The notes under the pieces: model-generated
What the model was told of the DNA's origin: nothing
Databases searched by the model: none
The model's input: the letters and a program-made list of their open reading frames with translations, nothing else
Made by a program: the position numbers and the translations under genes
Part shown: one piece after another, positions 54,096 to 64,000 of the stretch
Layout: every line of letters begins with the position of its first letter
Numbering within the stretch: position 1 is the first letter of the stretch
From: Eledone cirrhosa
Lineage: Eukaryota
Assembly (NCBI GenBank): GCA_964016885.1
Contig: OZ024743.1
Coordinates: 13,578,001 to 13,642,000 of the forward strand
DNA length: 64,000 bases
Direction: 5' to 3'

Positions 54096-54234
54096 TCTAC
54101 AGGACTACAACTGATCATTCTTAAGATAACATCAGAAAGTCTTGATGATCTGTTACGTGTGAAATAGTTCTAGTCCAGTAGAAACCAATTCTATAATATC
54201 TATATCTATATCTGTCTATCTGTCTATGTATCCA

Positions 54235-54287
<53 letters not shown>

Positions 54288-54289
54288 CT

Positions 54290-56026
54290 CTCTCCCGCAA
54301 ACCTCTCGGCACTCTCGTGCTGCCCACCAGTTCAACCACAACGCCTCCAATTCTCCAAAGACAGCACCAAAGGTCACCGCATCAGAGTCAACCTGAAACT
54401 AATTTCGGCGGCTATTCGTGTGCTGGTCTCAAGCGACGCTGTGCTCCGACCAACACCGGATGTCTTGTCAGCGCTTCGCCTCAAACATCCAGACCCTCCT
54501 GCCGAAATCAGAAACGCACTAGCCACGGCCAGCAATCACTCCCCGGCAGCGTCCAGCGAGGTGGTGGTAGCCGCCCTAAGATCATTTCCTGGTAGCAGCA
54601 GTGGCGCAGTGGACGGCTTGCGCCCCGGTCACCTCCGAAATCTCATCACGTCTCACGAAACGCTACCAGGGCCCCGACTCCTCTCATTACAGCCCTCACC
54701 AATTGCCTCCTCCACACTAACCTTCCCATCCATGTCCGCGATCTTTTCGTCTCAGCCACCTTGATCGCCCAGAGGAAAAATGACGGATGCGTCCGCCCCA
54801 TCGCGGTGGGTATCCTCTTCCGACGACTTGCTGCCAAGATAACTTGCAAGTCAGTCAAAGACACCTGAGTGAGGTGCTAAGCCCTGTTCAGCTCAGAGTG
54901 GAAATCAAGTGCGTTTGTGAGGCCGCAGCTCATGCGGCCAGACACTTCATAGAACACGCACCTCCCTCGTCACTCCACCTCCTCGTAAAGCTTGTCATGA
55001 AAAAGCCCTTCAGCAACGTTAGACGGGAACAAGTTCTAGAGATATGTCTCAGTCGAGCCCCCTCTATTTTCCCCCTCATTCCCCCTCCTTACGGAAGACC
55101 CAGCTCATTCATGGCCACCGACAACAATTGTCCAGCAGGGGACCCACTCGGCTCACGTCTATGGGCGCTGGCAGGTGTCGAGGTAGCCTGGTCGGTCCGT
55201 TCAACCTGAACATCAGGTACCTCGAAGACGCGGCCGTGGTCGGCCCGGCTGAGTCGATAGTTGAGGACCTTCGACAAATCGTCCCTACTCTAAATCTCCT
55301 TGGACTTCAGAACAACCCAACCGAGTCTGAGATGGCCAACATCGGTTACGGAGAAGCCGAATTCCACAACACCATACCCCTCGCCCTTCCCATCCTGGTC
55401 GGGGCTCGGCTGACACCCAAGGACGCCGCATGCATTCTCGGTTCCCCCATCTCCCGAAAGCCACGTTCTCTGCCTCTAAATGAGTCGGTTCTCTCACAAA
55501 CCCGGCATCATGGCCCATCTTGCAGAAGAACAAAAAATAAACAAATGTCCGTCCGCTCCACTTCGCAGCGTCGTCCTCAAGACCTCGAGACCTTGTACTG
55601 CCGAGCTCCTCCACATGATCGGAACGCCAGCCGACTGTCTCTGGAGGGAGCCCCGCGAAGTTGTGTGGCTCTTGCAGCGCGTGTCACTGGCCATCTTTCG
55701 GGGGGGGGTTGCCGTCTTATCCATGGGGCGCAGCACTCCTACCCCCTTGCCCTAGGCCCACAGCCAAATCACCCTTCCTCTTCCCCCTTCCCCCTCGTCT
55801 GTGACACCAGTGCTCTTTCCACCCCTCCCTTTCCCGTTTTTTCTTCTTTCTTTTTCTCTTTTCTCTATATATTTCCCTATTCTTTCATTCCTTTTGTTTC
55901 CTTTTTTTTATTATTGCCGTTATTATTGTTGTCCTTATCATTATTATTTTGTTACTGTAAATAATATCATGTTTAAATAAATACATTTGTAATGTTATTT
56001 ATGCAACTGTGAATAAAATTATTCCA
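54290..56026 (+). mobile_element. CRE-clade-like non-LTR retrotransposon, degenerate and internally deleted
   Basis: SFPGSSSGAVDGLRPGHL, KNDGCVRPIAVGILFRRLAAK, QLRV..CVCEAAAHAAR, GDPLG, RYLED, WLLQRVSLAIFRG; between (TC)n and (TA)n. Confidence 0.85.
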
Positions 56027-56699
56027 TATATATATATTGATCCTCTCCATATGGTACAAAATGAAGTTAGTAGGTATAATAACTGAATAAGTGAAATAGA
56101 ATTAATAATGGCATTTTGAGTTACGTAAACGTGAGGAAACAGTTAATTTTCTAAGATAAAATTGGAGAAATGTAATGGCAAGTCACTAGACTGGTTGGTT
56201 TGGAAAAAAAAAGTTATGAGCAGAAATTGGAAAATACAAATTTGTAATTTGGTAGTTGTTAGTAGCGAGAACATCAGGACTAAATTCCAATGCGAGGTGC
56301 TGGGGTCATAATGTACTTTAAGAATAAAAGGTAATTCAAGGAAGTTTTAACATTTGTAGACTGGACAGCTAATGGGCACGTGAGCAAGCTTTATATAATG
56401 ACCGATATAACAAAAATCAAACCCAACATCACGCCATATTTGATACAATTGATGTTACTGAGTGATCGCTTTAATTATGATCCTCTGGAATTTGTAAATC
56501 ATCAAACAAATCTGAATTGAAATAAAGTAAATAAAAACGCTAAGCAAAGTGATAACATTTTGAATTAAATCACTAGAGAATTTGAAACAGTGATGCCGAG
56601 TTGGTAGACGAAATTCTGCCGAGTTGAGAAGGAAAAGAAACTTAAGATGGGAAGTATTGAGTAGAAAGGTGTACGGATAATACCGTGAGGAGTGTTGTG

Positions 56700-57150
56700 C
56701 AATATAGTCAATTAAATCAAGTAAAATTACTCATCTATAGTTCCACTTTCACTGATAAAATTACCTCAGATCCTAATTACGTTTAGTCCTCTATTTAGAT
56801 ATGCTTAGACTTCCAGAACCACGACATGATACTTATGACTGGCAAGCGGCTCAGCGACCATATCTGTATCAGTGAGCTGCTGAACATTACAAAACGTAAA
56901 CCAATTAAATCAAATGTCAAGTCAAGAGTACTCAAACTATACGGTAACATAAAAAGATCAACTCGTGGCGTGAGTAGTTATGCCTGGAAGGAAGGTTGGC
57001 TGGTAGAAGAAGCAGAGGCTAGCAGCCAAAACGATGGCTTGACAATTTCTACTTATGGACTGGACTTGATCTTTGCTCTTTGAACTCTGCTGCTGGTGAT
57101 CGAACTTTGCCGGGGAGAGATATCACATTTTAATGCGCGTCACAAGAAGA
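56700..57150 (+). mobile_element. RTE-like 3' fragment
   Basis: SRVLKLYGNIKRS followed, after a frameshift, by GRRSRG*QPKRWLDN..WTGLDL. Confidence 0.65.
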
Positions 57151-57407
57151 ATTAAGATATAAAATTTTCTTACATCTAACATTTCGTTAATAATAACGTA
57201 TTTAATTCTATCATTATTTACATAAAATTCTCTGAGATTATGTACCAAATTTTGAGCTCTCAGCAATCAAATAAGTGTACGGAAGACATATACATGAATA
57301 CAAATTCTTTAGCTTGTGAATATGGATCTGGGTAGGCTGGCCGGTATAAATAAATGCATAAATGTATATAACTGCACATATTTGACAGACACGCGTACAT
57401 ACATACA

Positions 57408-57422
57408 TGCACACACACGCAC

Positions 57423-57513
<91 letters not shown>

Positions 57514-57515
57514 CA
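57408..57515. repeat. (CA)n/(TA)n microsatellite
   Basis: Dinucleotide arrays. Confidence 0.95.
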
Positions 57516-58835
57516 CACCCCCACGCACACATACACGCATATATATATATTATATCAGGCGAAAATTCGTTGAAGCGCGGAATATCGGAAGAATAGTATA
57601 AAGGAAAAAAAAATAACATATGCGTGCGGCAATGTTATTTCAAATAGAATTATATACGATTAATCGTGTATAATAAAACCGGACGTATGTAAGGACTGAC
57701 AGATATATGTATATAAAGGCGTTTAGGAAGAAATTAAAAGAAATAATGAAAACAAAATAATCTAAAAATAAATCGATAAACAGAGTAATAAATGAATAAA
57801 AAAATGTTATTTAGAGAGAATCGTATAAAAGAAATTGGAGAACAAAAATAAATGCATTGAAAATAACAAAAACATGTACTGAAAAGAATTAGTGATAGAA
57901 TAGGAAGAAGGAAAGAAGAAATTTAAAATAACCTTAGAGACTCGTATATAGACAAAAGGAGAAAGTAAATTATATAAAAATCAATGAGAAAATATTGTAT
58001 TGAAAAAATGTAAGAGAACTGGAAGAATGAAGAAAAAATTAAAATAGAAAGGGTAGTGAGAGGAAACAAAGGAAAACGAATGATACAGCGAAATATAATG
58101 TATAAGCATGTTTGACTGTAAAGACTAATAAAAAAATGTATATGGCGAAAACATATTAAAAAAATACACTAAAAGATACGTTTGAGTGCAAACGAGGTAT
58201 ATATATTGTGAAGAAAATGCGAAAAGAAATTTATATTTGGAAAAAAAATGTAGATCGTTTTGCGAAACTTAAACGGAACGGAGAAACAGTAACAAAATAA
58301 GATTGTGGGAAAAAATCCCTCGCTTATTTCATTATCCAGCCATACACGTGATAAAAATTGTTCTTGCATTGAATGAATATGCACATATATAAATACATAC
58401 ATATACGTACTCATGCAGTCATAAGAATAGGGGCATTTATAAATGCAGACGCATAGAGACATTTTAGATACATATATACATATCTAAAAATATATACGTG
58501 CGCGCGTGCGTGCGTGGGCTTGAGTTGGTAAGTAAGAATTTACATAGTACGTGTGTGCTTATTAATAAAAATTTATCAACAATGTGGTAAATTTTATATA
58601 CAGACACATTTCAACAGAGCATCCTGTTCATTATAGTTCAACCGACTCGGAATAACACTGTGAAAGGCTAGATACATTCTATTAATAGTAATTACATACT
58701 TGAATTCACGAGCGTTGTAACTAACGCATATCTGTGTGATTAAGGAGGTCGTCGAGGAAAACAAAATAGAATATTAGACGATAAATCAAATATATATATA
58801 TATATATTAATAATCAGTTGTATTATTTCTTTCAC

Positions 58836-59021
58836 GGTAGTTTGGCAGTATCGGTAGAGGGTCGGACGCCATGCTTTGACGCATAGAGTTACGGCCCTTG
58901 CCATTCTGAGTTCAAATCCCGCCGAGGTTAACTTTGCCCTTCATCCTTACGGGATCGATAAAATACAGTACCAGTAATACACTGGTTAATTGCTGGCCTT
59001 GTGCCAAAAGTAGACACAATT
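58836..59021 (+). mobile_element. tRNA-derived SINE
   Basis: Full length; TSD ttatttctttca. Confidence 0.95.
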
Positions 59022-60216
59022 ATTTCTTTCAGCGTGTAAATGAACATATTTGAATCCCGCAAAACACGAGATATATTAAGTAAATAGACACTAGCCACCC
59101 TTAATTCTAATAGTGGTTCCAATTGATTAGTCAAATGAAACCACAGTTTCCAGTGATTCCACCCTGAATTTTCAGCACTTTGTATATAGCAGATTTTCTC
59201 ACTTATGTGTTGAAATATCTGCTATAGAATTCCCTCGAATTTCCGAGGTGATTGACCTTGAATAGTCACTTCAATATTAAAAGAGTCATAAGCACTGTTA
59301 CAAACACTGTTCATAATCTTCAGGAACAGGAGTGACATGCGCAATTGGGTTGGAAGTGATCTTGAAACAGGTGGCTGAAGGATCGCTCAGCTGATATTTG
59401 CAGTGGACATGGTGCTAGTTTACTCGCTAGTTTACTCCTGATATGCACAGGATATGTTGGATACCGAGTGCTGCGCGAGATAAAAAATCAGTGCTGCGAA
59501 GACTGAGATATTTTTTCTGAATATGTGAGATAGTGAACACAAGATAATATATCAGAATAAAGTAAGTGGTAAAGAAAACACAACATTAGCTCTAATATTC
59601 GTAATATTTACGAAAATCGACAAGTAAACAATACGGTATCAAATTTGTTTTGGAATTTTTAAATCTCTCAGCAAGGTATAGATTTCACCATATATAACGA
59701 AATCTTAATGAGTCATTAATTACATAGATAATACTATACATGAACGTATGAATTATTCGCATATTTTCATAAAACATAAATAGCTAAGACCAATCACTCA
59801 GAAAGGTCATCGACAGGAAGAACAATAGTTACGTTAGTGTGAAAGAATTGAGTATGGTGACAACCAGCAATGAAATTATGAACAGATTTGCAGTACTTAA
59901 ATATTATTAATGAGGTTCATGTGCTTTTTGTCTGTTTTGAATATATGCATTTATCATGGTCAGGAAAATTTCTAAAGCGAATATTTATACGCCTGAATGG
60001 TTACGTAGACCAATCAAATTTCCAGCAACACAGGATGTAGAAATCTATCAATTCTTTGCATAAGTCTTGCATAGTTATCTATACATTCTGGGATCAATCC
60101 TTCATTTCTTTTCTGACCAGTGAATATGTGCAAAGGAATAAATGTTGCGTCTTAACATCTCCATCGCTCTCTCTGCATTTCTCTTTCTTTCTCCCCCTTT
60201 CTCTCTTTCGCTATGC

Positions 60217-60247
<31 letters not shown>

Positions 60248-60293
60248 TGTATGTATGTATGTATGTATGTATGTATGTATGTATGTATGTATG

Positions 60294-60882
60294 TCAGGTC
60301 ACCAGTTGGTGCTACTGGTAACGTGTATCCCAGTACAACCTGTCTCATGTTCGGGTCGTTGGCGACTAAACTGGCAACCCCACCAAGGTTTCTTTGTGAG
60401 GAGGGTGACTTTGGACATCCTGCAGGACTAAAAACAAAACCTGTCAAAGGGCAAAGGAGCTCTTAAGAGTCAATGGCCATCCAAAATCACCGGGAGAGAT
60501 GACCCCTTAGCTTTTGTCAAGGCAGAATTCTAGGAGAAGGAAAACTCTGATATAACACCTGCAACCCTGATGGTATCCAATGATGTTGACTTGTTATTCT
60601 TTTTGGTAAATATCATCTTGGTTAAGAGAGTGGGACTGGCTTTGTGCAGTGCCTTTGCGACACAGGCATTGCTTTATATCTGGAGATCTCTCTGCACTTC
60701 TCGTCACATGGTCCCATGGGCCCAGCACTATGTGTCAATAATTGTTACAAGTGTAGTGTTTTTACCAGAGTTTTCAAGTCGCTGAATGGACTAAAAAGTC
60801 ACACTCGTTCAGCGCATCGGTAAGGTTTCTCCTACATGGATATAAAGTAGTGGCCGTACTCGAAAACGAGTTGGCAGCCACC
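60294..60882 (+). mobile_element. Non-autonomous RTE-derived element (5' part fused to 3' end) with (ATGT)n tail
   Basis: 60740-60823 translates NCYKCSVFTRVFKSLNGLKSHTRSAHR* (C2H2-like RTE C-terminus), then hairpin ctcg-aaaa-cgag and (ATGT)n; no RT; (TATG)n also at the 5' side. Confidence 0.65.
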
Positions 60883-61072
60883 ATGTATGTATGTATGTAT
60901 GTATGTATGTATGTATGTATGTATGTATGTATGTATGTATGTATGTATGTATGTATCTGTGTGTGTATGTATGTATGTATGTATGTATGTATGTATGTAT
61001 GTATGTATGTGTGTATGTATGTATGTATGTATGTATTATGTATGTATGTATGCATGTATGTGTGTATGTGTG

Positions 61073-61523
61073 TTTTCTCTTTCTCTTAATTTCGAGTATA
61101 TTTTTTTGACCGGCCACCTTCCTGGTGGCAAGGTTGTAAAAGAAAAGAAATTGTCATCCCTTGAATCGCAAGAATGTTTTGCATATTTTGAAGGTGCCAG
61201 CTATCGTAGCCATTCGTAGACTATGAATTAGGGAGCTGCGCTTTTTGTCCGCAAATCCAAGTTCGGTCATACTTTGGTCCAAGCGGGTTGGTATATAACC
61301 CGTAGCACCAATAATGATGGGTATGAAGCTAAAGGTGTATCTTGGATACTGGATTTGTAAGCTCCTCATCAATGGTCTGTAGATGTCCTCCTTCTCCTGT
61401 ATTTTTCTGACAACGTTTACATCAAGTGGGCAGCTGATCTCCACAACAGAACACGTTTTCAATGTGTGGTCCCAAACTACAATATCAGGCCGGTTGTGCT
61501 TTAATTTGGTGGCAGTTTTTATT
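61073..61523 (-). mobile_element. 5'-truncated R4/Dong-like element, second family
   Basis: HNRPDIVVWDH..CSVVEISCP..EKEDIY..IPIIIGATGY..KICKTF; 3' UTR differs from the 45.6 kb element; flanked by TATG arrays. Confidence 0.9.
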
Positions 61524-61589
61524 ATGTGTATGTATGTATGTATGTATGTATGTATGTATGTATGTATGTATGTATGTATGTATGTATGT

Positions 61590-61854
61590 TCTTCTGGTTT
61601 TATAATTTCGCTAAGTTTTACCAATAGAGAGAGAGAGTCGGTTTCTAACAAGACTCTCTCATTGGAATTTACACAACATCAACTAGGTAGATTATGTATG
61701 TATGCATGCATGTGTAGATATGGATGTTATTGTATGTGTGGATGTGTATGTTTTGAGTTGTATGTGTGCATGTGTATATGCTTTGTATCTGTACATGTGT
61801 ATATGCAGTTATTAGATGCAAAATGTTTGGAATGTTCTACATATTTTTACTGTT
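61590..61854 (-). mobile_element. 5'-truncated copy (3' UTR + last codons) of the 45.6 kb R4/Dong-like family
   Basis: Highly similar to 45635-45904 with the same 3' junction tatgttcttctggttttataatt; TATG repeats on both sides. Confidence 0.92.
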
Positions 61855-63169
61855 ATGTATGTATGTATGGAGAGCGGGAGAGAGAGAGAGAGACAGAAAG
61901 AGAGAGAGAGAGAGAAAGACAGAGAAAGAGGCTGGATGATATAGTCATGATTACATACACCAAACTCCATGAAAATTCTTCTTATGCTCTTTATAAATCT
62001 ATTTCCGGCCTTCAGATTTTCTGGACGTTGTCTTTACACAAATTGAGCTGTGGCGTTGTGATCTATTCTAGAGCTGTTGTATGCCCAAATAACACTGGGA
62101 AACAAAAAAGATTTCTATGTTAGACCTTATGGAAATATATTAGGAGTTGATCGTTAATCTAAATTCATCTGCATAATTAAAGAGCAGCCCTAATATTGCT
62201 TATGTTTTTTGATGTTTCTGTTTCTCATGTCTATTGTATATAATATTAAGAAGGATTATTAAATTTAACAGTTAATGACGAAACTTTATCAAGAAGAAAA
62301 TATGTAAATCATCCAAATATTTTTTTTTGTTTCATATTTTGAAGAGTATGCGTTCATTAAACAGAGAAAATATAATAAGAGTTTTGGGAAAATACATATT
62401 TTGTCTACTTAAATTTAAATCTGGAGGTTCCTATAAAAGCCATGGTTTTCTCACGATGTGTATAAAACCTTTACGGAACATCTTTGATAATGAACTAAAG
62501 AAATATGGTGGAAGTATCTGGAGGCTGGTATACCATTGGTATGGCGAGAACAATGAAACAAAGAGTGAAGAGTGTTACTTTGTTAGGTAAATATAAAAGT
62601 TATCAAATGGCCTAACCGTAATAAATGAACGTATCCTCACAAAGGGTAAGCTAGATGGTCCTATGTATATTCAAAGGAAATGCCTGTCTCATCACTCAGC
62701 CAAATTGAAGATGATGAATTCTGTTCAAACAAAGAAAGCATATGAAGGTAAAATGACAGTTGTTTTGAAGGAACGTCAACAATTGCAGACAGTTTTAGTC
62801 AACACAAATTGAAAGACCAAGTAAGAAACGGTGTTCGGGTAAATCGTCTGAAGTCTTAGCTTCCAGAGTTGGAGAAAATAATTGAATGTTATTGGGAAGC
62901 AAAATCAGGTTTGATCGCGTCGGAAAATTATTTTTTCTTCGTCTTCCAACATATGAAGTGTTTATTTCACCTACAGACACTCCGTAACTGATTACGCAAA
63001 ATGGAATGGCTGTGTCTCATAGATAACTCACGACGGATATAAAAACCTGCTCCGTGCAGAGGCAACTAATACAAATTAAAAGCAAATGGTCACTTCATTG
63101 GTTTGAATGTGTGTTTGGTAGTCAATGTCTATTCAGAAGTGGTTTGTAATTTTGAATATATACATACAT

Positions 63170-63720
63170 ATTTGCTTTCGTATTTGATCTGGAGCAACGG
63201 TAGAGTGAGAAAAATCTTGGAATTTAGGAAACCCCACCAAAATCTAAAGGCTCATTACGTAGTATCTCGCTTGTAGCGGGGTCATTTAATTGGTGACACT
63301 GAATTCATCCGGTCTTTGAGGTTGAGCTTGTTTTGACCTACGTAATCATTGTTAGACTTTTTATATTCAATGGAATATATTAATTATTTTGATGAACATG
63401 TTAAAGATTTGTTTTTCCAATTGTCCTGATTTTAATTAACAAAGTGTGTCCTCAACGGGGTTAATGCTAGTCCAAAATTAGGGTCACCACACTTTATGAA
63501 TGTTGCTGTCGAGTTTTATATGCGATATTGGGTGTCCTTTGCTTTTGGTTATTTTATGTGTTTCCTGTGATATTTTTTATTCTTGTCCCTTGTCGCAACA
63601 GTGGGATGTTTTGTGGGTAATATGTTATGCCTCTCTATTACTTGAATTGTGTGTTGACATATAGGATATTGAATGTATCTGAAGTTGTTTTTGTTTTCGC
63701 ATTTCTTAAATATCCATTGC
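63170..63720 (-). mobile_element. Decayed Penelope-like GIY-YIG remnant
   Basis: Minus strand LTCSS…NDYVGQNKLNLKDRMNSV. Confidence 0.55.
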
Positions 63721-63750
63721 TTTTGCACGTTCTATTTCGTTGTCTATTAA

Positions 63751-63929
63751 TAACTGTTTCTACTTTTGGCACAAGGCCAGCAATTACCCAGTACATAACT
63801 GGTACTTTATTTTATCGAACCCGTAAGGCAAAGTTAACCTCGGTGGGATTTGAACTCAGAATGATAAGGGCCGTAACTCTATGCGCCAAAGCATGGCGTC
63901 CGACCCTCTACCGATACTGCCAATCCACC
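63751..63929 (-). mobile_element. tRNA-derived SINE
   Basis: Family consensus with a small deletion; short TSD aataac. Confidence 0.93.
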
Positions 63930-64000
63930 AATAACGATGGGTACTGTGTTTCGAGTAGAATTTCTATTAGATCTTGGAGTTTATTATTCCGAGTTTCATA

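Noticed and set aside
55044-55964. 306-aa ORF as a host gene
   Set aside because: Frameshift mosaic of the CRE-like element running into its T-rich 3' UTR.
61154-61651. 165-aa ORF as a standalone endonuclease gene
   Set aside because: Chance in-frame chimera of one element's 3' UTR, a TACA array and another element's RLE end; it lacks the upstream domains.

Overview
Eukaryotic, AT-rich, microsatellite-dense DNA with no recognisable intact host protein-coding gene, so it is intergenic or intronic. The tRNA-derived SINE and the repeat landscape suggest an octopod cephalopod or other mollusc (inference). The window is dominated by retroelements: about 20 copies of a ~185 bp tRNA-type SINE (two subfamilies, many with TSDs), a near full-length frameshifted R4/Dong-like RLE retrotransposon in a (TACA)n array plus 5'-truncated relatives in the same repeat type, a CRE-like element, a Tx1/L1-like element, several RTE fragments, several Penelope-like (RT + GIY-YIG) remnants and a Tc1/pogo-like MITE. 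The most notable signals are: (i) several type-I hammerhead ribozyme folds in Penelope-type terminal repeats, including a ~430 bp non-coding retrozyme-like unit in tandem plus inverted arrangement (19350-20273); (ii) apparent (TACA)n targeting by R4/Dong-like elements, with a retroelement stack at 60.2-61.9 kb; (iii) a ~710 bp near-perfect palindrome centred on (AT)n. All calls come from reading motifs by eye, with no database searches.
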